The notes under the pieces: model-generated
Seen by the model: the letters and a program-made list of their open reading frames with translations, nothing else
Told to the model about the DNA's origin: nothing
The model's database searches: none
Assembly: GCA_963749705.1 (NCBI GenBank)
Contig: CAVVNQ010000004.1
Span: 1-64,000 of the forward strand
Length of the DNA stretch: 64,000 nt
From: an uncultured Chloroflexia bacterium
Lineage (GTDB): Bacteria; Chloroflexota; Limnocylindria; Limnocylindrales; CSP1-4
Reading direction: 5' to 3'
Part shown: positions 1 to 9,016 of the stretch, piece after piece
Numbering within the stretch: the stretch's first letter is position 1
Layout: each line of letters begins with the position of its first letter
Made by a program: the position numbers and the translations under genes

Positions 1-337
1 CCGCGTCCGCGGCGGCGAGCGCCGCCACGATCATCGCGTCGGTGATCGGCCTGCCGGGCATCGATCTCGCGCGCACGAGCATCGCGACCAGTTGCTCGGC
101 GTTGGCATCCACGACCTGGATGTTGGCCCGTTGGACGAGGTCGATGAGGCTGTCGATGATGCTCCGCTGGTCGACGCCGTACTGCGTCCGGAGCACATGC
201 GCGCATTCGGCAAGGGCGACCACCGACACGCCGATCTCCGCGGTGTCGTCGTCGATCAGCGCGGCCGCGTGTTTCGCCTGGTCGGGTGGCGTGCCGACCA
301 GATACCGGACGATGACCGACGTGTCGACGCCGATCAC
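1..337 (-). CDS. PIN-domain (VapC-like) toxin, runs off window start
   Basis: Not in ORF track. Manual translation from GTG at 337: MIGVDTSVIVRYL...ALAECAHVL...ITDAMIVAAL, showing PIN acidic residues. GTGA overlap with antitoxin stop. Confidence 0.85.
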   Translation of the reverse strand, partial: MIGVDTSVIVRYLVGTPPDQAKHAAALIDDDTAEIGVSVVALAECAHVLRTQYGVDQRSIIDSLIDLVQRANIQVVDANAEQLVAMLVRARSMPGRPITDAMIVAALAAADA

Positions 338-591
338 GCCTTCCGGTCCGGATCCACCGTGTTCCAGGCCGCGTCGCGAAGGACGGACCACGTCTCGTCC
401 TCAGGTCGTCGGCCGACCTTGTCGCGAAGCGACCCGGCGAGCGATCGGCGGTGCCTGCCCGGGACGACCTCGATCACGATCCGCCCTTCCTCGACGCGCT
501 GGACCGTCTCGTCTCCCGCGTAGATGCCGAGCTCCTCGCGGATGGCCTTGGCGATCGTGATCTGGCCGCGCTCCCCTACTCGACTGCTCAT
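334..591 (-). CDS. AbrB/MazE/SpoVT-family antitoxin
   Basis: MSSRVGERGQITIAKAIREELGIYAGD AbrB motif; coupled to PIN gene. Confidence 0.85.
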   Translation of the reverse strand: MSSRVGERGQITIAKAIREELGIYAGDETVQRVEEGRIVIEVVPGRHRRSLAGSLRDKVGRRPEDETWSVLRDAAWNTVDPDRKA

Positions 592-702
592 GATATGGAT
601 CATGGCCACCAGTCGTATTCTCGTCAACAGATATGATCTGGCGCCTGGAGACGCAGGTTGACCGATGCAACCGTCGGGCTGTCATGCGTGTTCAGGATTC
701 CG

Positions 703-1230
703 ATGGAGATGGTGACGGGCCGGATGGCCACCTTCGAGACCGCGCTCGGGCGATGTGCCGTTCGCTGGAACGACCACGGGATCACGCGCGTGCTGCTGCC
801 GTCGCGATCCGTGCACCCCGATCCCGCAGATCTGGCCCACACGGACGTGCCGCCATTCGTGCGTGCAGCGATCGAGGGCATGACGGCCGTGATGGCCGGC
901 GGTGCGGCCGACCTGCGCGACGTCCCGCTCGACGAACACGACCTGGACGAGTTTCGGCGGGCGGTGTACGCCGCGACGAGGGAGATCGAGCCGGGCATGA
1001 CACGCTCGTACGGCCAGATCGCCCGGGCGATCGGTCGGCCCGACGCGGCGCGGGACGTCGGCACCGCGCTTGCCCGCAACCCGTTCCCGATCATCGTGCC
1101 CTGCCACCGCGTCGTCGCGGCGAACGGCGCGCTGACCGGCTTCTCGGCGCCGGGTGGCCTGGCGACGAAGCGGCGGATGCTCGAGCTCGAAGGCGCGCCC
1201 GGGTACGGCCAGCAGGTCCTGTTCGGCTAA
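703..1230 (+). CDS. ogt: methylated-DNA--protein-cysteine S-methyltransferase
   Basis: SYGQIA...NPFPIIVPCHRVV active site; start approximate. Confidence 0.9.
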   Translation: MEMVTGRMATFETALGRCAVRWNDHGITRVLLPSRSVHPDPADLAHTDVPPFVRAAIEGMTAVMAGGAADLRDVPLDEHDLDEFRRAVYAATREIEPGMTRSYGQIARAIGRPDAARDVGTALARNPFPIIVPCHRVVAANGALTGFSAPGGLATKRRMLELEGAPGYGQQVLFG

Positions 1231-1952
1231 CCCACCGGTCTCGAGGCCAGCTGCCGGTACTCGTTGAACCGGCCGCGGCGGCCGACCCGCTCGATCACCC
1301 CGCAGCGCTCGAGGCAGTAGACCGCGCGCATCGCGAGCCGCTTCGAGCGCCCCGAGGCAGCCACGATGTCCGCGGTCGTGAACGTGTCCCGGAGGCCGGC
1401 CGGCAGCAAGGCGAGCAGGTCCTCGGGTCCGTCGATCCGGCGCGTCTCCACGACGTCGACGAGCCGCCGGTCCAGGCGCCACCACGCGCGTGGGTAGCGG
1501 TACCGGGCGCCGTCCGGCACGGGGCCCCGGATCTCCTCCTCGGACGTCAGCACCAGCTCGATCCGGAAGCCGGCATCGGTGAGCAGCGCCGGGATGGATA
1601 CCAGCTCGTCGAACAGGTCGAGCGGCTGCGCCCGCCGCGGCGATCGCCGGCGCCGCACGATCGCTCCGTCAGCGTCAACGACGATCAGCCATTTCTCGAC
1701 CGGCATCGGGTGGACGAGGACGACGCGATGGCGCACCACGAGCTGCTCGAGCTTGCGGCGGGCCGAGGCGAAGCCGCTGGTCTGGATCTCGATCAGCTCG
1801 TCGGGCGCGACGATATCGATCACGAAGCCGTCGACCGCGGTCTCGACACGCGCGCCGGCGACCGCCCGAGCGTAGCGCTCCTTCAGCGCAGCGTGGAGCG
1901 ATCCCTCCCGGTACGTGGCGAGGCCCCGCGCCGCACGTTCGGCAGGTGTCAT
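1227..1952 (-). CDS. hypothetical PD-(D/E)xK-like nuclease-fold protein
   Basis: EGSLHAALK...GFVIDIV...LIEIQT motif; C-terminal wHTH-like segment. Confidence 0.6.
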   Translation of the reverse strand: MTPAERAARGLATYREGSLHAALKERYARAVAGARVETAVDGFVIDIVAPDELIEIQTSGFASARRKLEQLVVRHRVVLVHPMPVEKWLIVVDADGAIVRRRRSPRRAQPLDLFDELVSIPALLTDAGFRIELVLTSEEEIRGPVPDGARYRYPRAWWRLDRRLVDVVETRRIDGPEDLLALLPAGLRDTFTTADIVAASGRSKRLAMRAVYCLERCGVIERVGRRGRFNEYRQLASRPVG

Positions 1953-2869
1953 CGTCGCATCGTCGGCTGGGTGGTCGGCCGCCCGCCGTCCGGTTCACCT
2001 GGCGCCACGGCAGCATCGGACGGCCGGCGCTCGCGCAGGAAGTCGCCGACGACGGTCATCACCTCGTCGCGACGCTCCGAATGCGCATTGTGGCCCGCGC
2101 GGTCGACGAGGTGATGGCGCGCGTCCGGGATCGCCGCCGCAAGCTCGCGCTGGTGCTCGGGGGGAAAGATGAAGTCATCGCGACCGGCGATCACCAGTGT
2201 GGGGGCTTCGATCTCGCCCAACCGGCTCATCACCGTCCAGCCCGGCAGCAGCCGGCGGCCGGCGAAGATGAGCGCCTCGGGTCGGAGCTTCGTCCGCCAC
2301 TGGCCCCCAAGCATGTCGCGGAGCGTGTGGAGCAGGCTTGGCTCGGAGGCATACGCATCGCCGATCCGAATCAGGATCGGCATCATCTCGCGTGGCTCGA
2401 ACTCGCCGTTGAACCAGCGCCGCACCAGCTCCACCTTGTGCGGGCTGGCGCCGCGCCGCGCGAGCTCCCGGGCCGCCTCGGTGACCGACCATCGGCCCTC
2501 GGCGCCGGTGTCGAGCAGGATGAGATGGCTCAGCCGATCGGGGTAGCGCAACGCGTACTCGAGGGCAACCATGCCCCCGAACGAATGCCCGAGCACGGCC
2601 CATCGGTCGAAGCCCAGGGCCTCGCGCAGCGCGTCGGCATCGGCGGTCAGGTTGTCCCAGGTCATGGACTCGACCGGCGTTCCCTCGGACCGTCCGTTGC
2701 ATCGGTGGTCGTAGAACACCAGCGTTCGCCGGTCCGCCAGCTGCCGGAACGGGCGCATGGTCCAGTGGTCCGCCCCCGGTCCGCCATGCATCAGCAGCAA
2801 CGGATCGCCGCGCCCGACGACGTCGACGAACAGCGAGACATCCCGGACCTGCATCTGCGTCATCGGCAC
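1949..2869 (-). CDS. alpha/beta hydrolase (proline iminopeptidase-like)
   Basis: HGGPG, GHSFGG nucleophile elbow, AGH. Confidence 0.85.
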   Translation of the reverse strand: MPMTQMQVRDVSLFVDVVGRGDPLLLMHGGPGADHWTMRPFRQLADRRTLVFYDHRCNGRSEGTPVESMTWDNLTADADALREALGFDRWAVLGHSFGGMVALEYALRYPDRLSHLILLDTGAEGRWSVTEAARELARRGASPHKVELVRRWFNGEFEPREMMPILIRIGDAYASEPSLLHTLRDMLGGQWRTKLRPEALIFAGRRLLPGWTVMSRLGEIEAPTLVIAGRDDFIFPPEHQRELAAAIPDARHHLVDRAGHNAHSERRDEVMTVVGDFLRERRPSDAAVAPGEPDGGRPTTQPTMRR

Positions 2870-3039
2870 CTCACTCGCTCGCCGGTCAGGAGATCATCCA
2901 TGCCCGCCCACGGGCAAGTGCCGTCGCGGCCGGAGGATACGGTCGGTCACGCACATGCGGGACAGGCTGGCGCCGACCGGGACGGGCTCGCGCCGGCCCA
3001 GCCGCGTCGCGGAGCCGCGCGAGGTGCAATCCTGTGGGC

Positions 3040-3624
3040 ATGGGCGATGTCGAGCGGGCGGCGCGGATCGGACGGATCGAGGTCGTGTGCGGCCCGATGT
3101 TCGCGGGCAAGACCGAGGAGCTGGTGCGGCGCGTCCGTCGATCGGTGATCGCAGGGCGGCGGGTGGTCGTCCTCAACCACGCGCTCGACACGCGCCACGG
3201 GACGGATCGCCTTTCCTCGCACGCCGGCGTCGACTTCCCTGCCCTGGCGGCCGCGACCCCCGATGACATCGAGCCGGCCGTCCCCGACGAGACCGACGTG
3301 GTCGCCATCGACGAGGCGCAGTTCTTCGGACCGGGCCTGGTGCCCGTTGCCGGCCGGCTCGCGGCGCGCGGCCTGGTCGTGATCGTGGCCGGGCTCGACG
3401 TCACCTTCGACGGCCGGCCGTTCGAGCCGCTGCCGACGCTGATGGCGCTCGCAGAGCGCGTCGACAAGCTCACCGCGATCTGCTCGGTGTGCGGCGAGGA
3501 AGCCGTGTTCCACGTGCGCGTCGACGCTGCCCCGGTCGGCGCTGATGCGCTCGTCTCGGCCAACGTGGGCGGCACCGAGACCTATCAGGCCCGCTGCCGG
3601 CGCCACTTCGTCATCCCGGACTGA
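3040..3624 (+). CDS. tdk: thymidine kinase (copy 1)
   Basis: GPMFAGKTEEL P-loop, IDEAQFF, CSVCG...YQARCRRH. Confidence 0.92.
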   Translation: MGDVERAARIGRIEVVCGPMFAGKTEELVRRVRRSVIAGRRVVVLNHALDTRHGTDRLSSHAGVDFPALAAATPDDIEPAVPDETDVVAIDEAQFFGPGLVPVAGRLAARGLVVIVAGLDVTFDGRPFEPLPTLMALAERVDKLTAICSVCGEEAVFHVRVDAAPVGADALVSANVGGTETYQARCRRHFVIPD

Positions 3625-3659
3625 CGTCGCGGCACCCGCGTCCCGGGATCGTTGACGCC

Positions 3660-4532
3660 CTACCCGTCGCGGAGCGGCCCGGCATCGACCGCCCGGCCCA
3701 TCGTCGGTCGGTCACCGGGCGGAACCCATTCGATCCACCATGTCGCCCCGGCCGCCTCGATGTCCCGGATGTGGGCCCGCTCGGCGTCGATGTCGCCGCC
3801 CCGCGGGGACCCGCCGACGGCGATGTCGTATGGGCGATCACCGGCGAGCTCGCGGAGCGCCCGAACGTCGTCGGCCGTCATCCGCTCGTCCGCGTCCTCG
3901 TCCTGGGCGCTCGCCGCGCCACCCGCCTTGTACAGCAGCGAGCCGTCCCAGCGGAGCGCGCGACGGGTCGGGCCCGGCAACGGGTAGCCGCCGCCGACCC
4001 AGATCGGGATCCGTGGCTGCTGGATCGGGCGAGGCAGGAACGTGACCTCGTCGATTCGATAGTGGCGGCCCTCGAATCGGAATGGCTCTCCGCGCCACAG
4101 CCCGTCGATGATGATGAGCGCTTCGTCCAGCATCTCCGCGCGCGTCCGCCGATCACGCTCCTCTCCGAAGTGCGTGAGGCTCGCATCCGCTACCACGTAG
4201 TCGTCCGCATCGCCGATACCCACGCCGAGCACGAACCTGCCCTCGGACAGCTGGTCGATGGCCGCCGCCTCGCGGGCCACCTTCCATGGTCGCCGTCGCG
4301 GAAGCGGGGTGACCGATGTGCCCAGGATCATCCGCGTCGTGCGCACCGCGATGGCGCCCAGCGTGGTCCAGACGTCGGCGGTCGGGGCGTGGGGATCGCC
4401 CTGGTAGCTGATGTAGTCCTCGAGGAACAGGCCGTCCCAACCGGCCGCCTCGGCACGCTCGGCCAGCGCGAGCAGGAAGCGCGGGTCCCCGCACTCGCCG
4501 CCGTCCGGGAGGCTCAGGCCGTAGCGGAGCAT
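3660..4532 (-). CDS. LLM-class flavin-dependent oxidoreductase
   Basis: AEAAGWDG, LSEGRFVLGVGIG, RIPIWVGG; start at ATG 4532 with TATGGT 6 nt upstream. Confidence 0.85.
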   Translation of the reverse strand: MLRYGLSLPDGGECGDPRFLLALAERAEAAGWDGLFLEDYISYQGDPHAPTADVWTTLGAIAVRTTRMILGTSVTPLPRRRPWKVAREAAAIDQLSEGRFVLGVGIGDADDYVVADASLTHFGEERDRRTRAEMLDEALIIIDGLWRGEPFRFEGRHYRIDEVTFLPRPIQQPRIPIWVGGGYPLPGPTRRALRWDGSLLYKAGGAASAQDEDADERMTADDVRALRELAGDRPYDIAVGGSPRGGDIDAERAHIRDIEAAGATWWIEWVPPGDRPTMGRAVDAGPLRDG

Positions 4533-4699
4533 GGCAGCACCATAACGGGGTGGCGTCCGAAGCGTTCGCTGCGTCCTTCGGCGCGTCCGCCCGGTCCGTC
4601 TTGGGCGCGTTCGGGTGGCATGGGCGCGGCGCGATGCTCGCGCTAGACTCTCGGTCGGCCCGCGACGGGCCCCGGGGGCCGACGCCGGCGCCCGACCAC

Positions 4700-4775
4700 T
4701 GGCGAGTGGCCAAATTGGTAAGGCACCTGACTCTGGATCAGGAAATTGAAGGTTCGAGTCCTTCCTCGCCAGCCA
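4700..4775 (+). tRNA. tRNA-Gln (CTG)
   Basis: TGGCGAG/CTCGCCA acceptor stem, CCTGA-CT-CTG-GA-TCAGG anticodon arm, GGTTCGAGTCC T-arm, encoded CCA. Confidence 0.97.
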
Positions 4776-4940
4776 TTCGCCCAGCGCGGGGCCCAATGCG
4801 CGGCCCTCGACCTTGCCCTCCCGAGCAGAATTCGAGCACCGGACGCAGGTCCCCTCGGCAGCTGGCTGGCCAGAGACCTCAGGATCTGACGCGAAGCCCG
4901 GATGGGCCCGACGGATCCGGGAGCGAGGGAGGCAATACGG

Positions 4941-5504
4941 GTGTTCCGGCGGAGCACGGCCGACGCCGCTCACGAGACCAGGTCGCGATTCGACCTACGG
5001 GCGGTCATCAAGGACGACGGCCGATTCCGCCAGTTCTACGAGGAAACCTCGCCCCGCGTGTATGCCTTCCTCTATAGCCGGACCGGATCAAAGGCGATCG
5101 CCGAGGAGCTGACCCAGGAGACGTTCGTCGAAATCATCCGGAACCCTAGGACCTACGACGGTCGCTCGGATCCCATCCCATGGATGATGGGCGTCGCGCG
5201 CCATCGGCTGCTCCGACACGTTCGAGCCACCCGCCGGGACAACGGCCGTGCACGTGAGCTCGTCCGGGAGATCGACACGGTGACAGCCGATTACGCCAAT
5301 GCCGTCGAAACCCGCGACCTTGTTTCCGCTGCGCTGCAGCAGCTGACGCTCGACCAGCGGACGGTGCTGATGCTCAGGTTCGTCGACGACCTGCCGGTGC
5401 GCGAGGTTGCCAGGGCGATCGGTCGCTCGGAGCACGCCACCGAATCCCTGTTGCGTCGCGCTCGCGCATCGTTTGAGGCGGCGTTCCACGGAGGCCGTCG
5501 ATGA
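4941..5504 (+). CDS. ECF RNA polymerase sigma factor
   Basis: AEELTQETF (region 2), LPVREVARAIGRSEHATESLLRRAR (region 4); GGGAGG RBS before GTG 4941. Confidence 0.88.
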   Translation: MFRRSTADAAHETRSRFDLRAVIKDDGRFRQFYEETSPRVYAFLYSRTGSKAIAEELTQETFVEIIRNPRTYDGRSDPIPWMMGVARHRLLRHVRATRRDNGRARELVREIDTVTADYANAVETRDLVSAALQQLTLDQRTVLMLRFVDDLPVREVARAIGRSEHATESLLRRARASFEAAFHGGRR

Positions 5505-6150
5505 TCCCCGATCACCGGTTGCGCGCATTGCTCCGCGACCACGAGGACTCGATCACGAAGGCTGACCCCAAGTTCCTCGAGCACCTGCATGGAGAGCTCG
5601 AGCGCGAGCGAAGCCGGTCGCGCCTCCGGCTCTTGGTTCCGTGGCCATTCCCCGCGCTTGGGCCGGTCGCCGCGACCGGCATCCTCGCCGTGGCCGTCGT
5701 CTTCGGGCTCGTCGCGTCCTCGTATCTCGCATCCGGGAACGCGCCCGGCGTTGGCGGCGGCGGTCGAGACGTCCGTCTGCGAGACCCGCATCCAGCAGCG
5801 CGCCGAGTCCAGGCGCCCGCCAGACACCGAGCATGGCGCCCACCCCGACGGCCTCCGGGACCTCGGTTGGGGGCGGGTGTGCGCTTGCGTGGGACATCCC
5901 ACCGGCCAAGGGCCCCATCCAGCACAACCTGACGGGATCTGGGTTCGCACCGGGTCACGAGATCACCTTCACGGAGACGGCGCCATATGGCGCTATCAAC
6001 TCCGAGACCTTCGTCGCCGACGCCACCGGCACGGTCGTCCTTGGCCACTACTACTGGACGGACCCCCTCGGCGCCAGGGACCAGGGGACGTATGAATGGG
6101 TCGCGAGCGACGGTGTCTGCACGGCGACGATCCAGGCGACGGTTCGCTAG
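5501..6150 (+). pseudogene. membrane-anchored anti-sigma-like protein, apparent -1 frameshift near 5760
   Basis: N-terminal cytoplasmic part and TM helix lie in ORF 5501-5932; Ser/Pro linker and beta-rich domain continue in frame of ORF 5641-6150. Confidence 0.6.
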
Positions 6151-6323
6151 TAGCGTCCGAGACCAGCAGCGCCGCCCCCGTGCCGCGGGAGGTGGGGGGG
6201 TTACGGGTGATCCCAGATCAGGTTCGGTGTCCCGACGGATTCCGGCGCATCGGCGGCAATCCCCGTCGAGAATGCCCGCGCCATGGTCGGCATGCAGCCC
6301 GCGGGCAAGGGAGGAAGGCGATC

Positions 6324-7085
6324 GTGTTGGAGCTCGCACCTCGTGGCGTCACGTCGAACCCCTGGCGCGGTCGGGGTCGACGGGCACTGGGCGCTGCCGC
6401 GGCGCTGCTGATGGCCACGTCGGTCGTCGCCGCCTGCACCGGAGCGGCACCCGCCACCGCGCCGGCGACGGCAACGACCGAGCCTACCGCGACACAGAGC
6501 CCCACCCCGACGCCGCCGACGCCTGCTCCAACGGCTGTCCCGACGCCGACCCCGACACCCATCCCCCTGACGGCCGGGGATCTTGCCGCCGGCAGGTACC
6601 AGGTCTCTTCGTCACCAGCCGTCGTGTTCACCGTGGATGGCGGTTGGACCGCAACGATCCCGGAGCCGAACACCTTCGATCTCGAGAAGGGTCCCACCTA
6701 CATCTTCGTCGGCGTCGTGACCCAGGTGTTCACCGCCTGCTGCGAGGATCAGGAGACCGAGCCGGTCCCGGACGGTGCCGATCCTGCCGCGATGGCTGCC
6801 GAGATGGCCCGGAACGTCGGGCTCCACCTGACCGCCGCCCAGCCGATCTCGATCGGTGGCGCCAGTGGGGTCGTGTTCGACGTGACGACCGACGCGGAGA
6901 CGAACTACGGGTTCATCGCGGGGGACCACCAGGGTTATGCATTCGGCAATACGATCAAGGTCCGGCTGGCACTCCTGTCCGTCGCCGGCACCCTGGTGGC
7001 GATCACAGTCGAGGGCGCCATCGACCAGTTCGATGCCGTTGTGGCCGAGGCTCAGCCCGTCCTCGACAGCCTCCGCTTCTCGTAG
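6324..7085 (+). CDS. putative lipoprotein with Pro/Thr linker
   Basis: GGAGG RBS; signal peptide ending VVAA-C; PTPTP linker. Confidence 0.75.
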   Translation: MLELAPRGVTSNPWRGRGRRALGAAAALLMATSVVAACTGAAPATAPATATTEPTATQSPTPTPPTPAPTAVPTPTPTPIPLTAGDLAAGRYQVSSSPAVVFTVDGGWTATIPEPNTFDLEKGPTYIFVGVVTQVFTACCEDQETEPVPDGADPAAMAAEMARNVGLHLTAAQPISIGGASGVVFDVTTDAETNYGFIAGDHQGYAFGNTIKVRLALLSVAGTLVAITVEGAIDQFDAVVAEAQPVLDSLRFS

Positions 7086-7270
7086 CCGGACGGGCCATCG
7101 AGGGACCGACGCCGCGACGGCTCGATCAGGAGCCGAGGTGGGTCGAGCCCTCCCCGCCGGTCACGTTCCGGCCGGGCGACCTCGACGACGGTCTCGGCGC
7201 GACCCCGGCAGGACGGACCCGTTCTCCGACCCCATTGCGCTCGCGCCCCCGGACAGGCATGCTCGCCCAG

Positions 7271-7972
7271 ATGCACAACCCCGCAAGCCCGATCCGGCTC
7301 CTCGTCGTCGACGACCACGAGGTCGTCCGCAAGGGGCTGATCGCATACCTCGACCGCCGCGGGCAGTTCGAGGTGATCGCCGAGGCCGGGACCTGCGCGG
7401 AGGCGGTGGCCCAGGCGCGGCGGTTCGTGCCCGACCTCATCCTGATGGACGTCAGCCTTCCCGACGCGTCGGGGATCGAGGCCTGCCGGCTGGTGCGCGA
7501 GGAATTCCCGGACATGGCCGTCGTGTTCCTGACCAGCTCGCCGGACGAGATCGACGTGCTGGACGCGATCCTCGCGGGCGCGCGCGGATACGTGCTCAAG
7601 CAGGCAAGGAGCGCGGAGCTCGTCCGCACGCTCGAGGCCGTCGGCCGCGGCGAATCCATGCTCGATCCGGCGGTGACCGGGACGATCCTGGAGCGGATCC
7701 GGCGGATGGCAAGCGGGGTCGATCCGGACGGGGCAAGCACCCTGACGCCGCGCGAGCGGGAGATCCTTCCGCTGCTCGCGGCGGGCCAGACGAACCGGCA
7801 GATCGCCGCTGCCGTGTTCCTGTCCGAGAAGACGGTCAAGAACTACGTCAGCGCGATCCTGGGCAAGATGGACCTCGACCGGCGGGCGCAGGTTTCGGGC
7901 TACCTGGCCCACCACGGACCGCGGGGAGCGCTTGGTCGGACGACCGGATCAGACCCGGACCGGTCGACCTAG
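7271..7972 (+). CDS. NarL/DevR-like response regulator
   Basis: LLVVDDHEVVRKGL, phospho-Asp in LILMDV, LuxR HTH SEKTVKNYVS. Confidence 0.92.
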   Translation: MHNPASPIRLLVVDDHEVVRKGLIAYLDRRGQFEVIAEAGTCAEAVAQARRFVPDLILMDVSLPDASGIEACRLVREEFPDMAVVFLTSSPDEIDVLDAILAGARGYVLKQARSAELVRTLEAVGRGESMLDPAVTGTILERIRRMASGVDPDGASTLTPREREILPLLAAGQTNRQIAAAVFLSEKTVKNYVSAILGKMDLDRRAQVSGYLAHHGPRGALGRTTGSDPDRST

Positions 7973-8070
7973 CGGCGAACCCGGTGCCCGGGTGTCAGCA
8001 GGCCCCAGCCCGGACCAGGTACCTCTGTGCCATTGCGAACCGTGCGGCGGCCGTGCTCACTGGGCGGGTG

Positions 8071-8322
8071 ATGCGGTACGTGACTCCCCGCCCGCTCGAT
8101 GACGACGCCTGGCGCGTCAGCGACGCCGCGCCCGGCGTCGCGCACTTCTTCGGCTGGGCACGCGACGATGCCCGCCAGTCCAGGTGCTGGGCCGATGTCT
8201 CTGCGGCAGGCACGCGACCGGCCACCGAGGATGATCAGCTGTGTCCGGACTGCGACGGCTGGTACTGGCAGCACGTGTCTGCATCCTGGCTCGCCTACCG
8301 CGAGACCGTGACCTCCGCCTGA
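8071..8322 (+). CDS. small protein with H/C...CPDC putative Zn finger
   Basis: 83 aa; AHFF...SRCW...LCPDC; fills gap between genes. Confidence 0.55.
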   Translation: MRYVTPRPLDDDAWRVSDAAPGVAHFFGWARDDARQSRCWADVSAAGTRPATEDDQLCPDCDGWYWQHVSASWLAYRETVTSA

Positions 8323-8564
8323 AGCTGCGGCCAGGGGGTTTCTGACCCGCTCGCGCGTCGTGCGGGCGCGACGCGTGCCGCTGCAGATGGCCTGGGCGCT
8401 TGTTCGCGTCGGAGCGCGCCCGTGCCGCGGTTGCCGGCCGAGAATCGGTCGCCATCGCGCGGACAGATACGGATCTCTATTGATGTGCGCGGCCCCTATT
8501 TAGGCCGACTCTGGATCTCGGCGGGCAGCAGGCCCGACACCATCGAGACCGGAGGAACACGGAG

Positions 8565-8750
8565 ATGATCCCGTACCACATCGCAAGCGACCTGATCCAG
8601 GAGCAGATCCGCGAGCGGACGCGCGAAGCCGAGCGCAACCAGCTTGCAGGTGCCGTGCGAGCAGCAGCAACACCGGCGCCTCACCACCGGCAGGCCCGTC
8701 CGCTTGTCGCGCTCGGGCGCCTGGTGCGGCGGCTGGCCATTGCCGCCTAG
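8565..8750 (+). CDS. small hypothetical protein (61 aa)
   Basis: GGAGG and GGAG purine tracts upstream; helical ERTREAER segment. Confidence 0.7.
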   Translation: MIPYHIASDLIQEQIRERTREAERNQLAGAVRAAATPAPHHRQARPLVALGRLVRRLAIAA

Positions 8751-8795
8751 GGCCGAAGACCTGCAGATCACGAAGACGAAATTGGAGGATCGACC

Positions 8796-8924
8796 ATGGA
8801 TGGACTGCTGGTGCTGATCGGGGTGACCGGGCTGCTCGCGCTGCTCGGTCATCTCGCCACCGCCTTCGGCGTCGACTCGCGCGACGGCCTGGGTTACGAC
8901 CGTCGGACGCGAGATCAGTCCTGA
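8796..8924 (+). CDS. 42-aa single-TM small protein (FGVDSRD)
   Basis: Not in ORF track. GGAGG 7 nt before ATG; MDGLLVLIGVTGLLALLGHLATAFGVDSRDGLGYDRRTRDQS. Confidence 0.7.
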   Translation: MDGLLVLIGVTGLLALLGHLATAFGVDSRDGLGYDRRTRDQS

Positions 8925-9016
8925 CGAGACTCGATCGAGACAGATGTTCCGCGACCGCTCCCACGGACCCGTGAGCTGGTAGTGCGATGGGGATGACCGA
9001 CCGCATAATCGCCGCC

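Noticed and set aside
4700-8400. tRNA-Gln-anchored integrative element
   Set aside because: No integrase and no duplicated tRNA 3' end found by eye.
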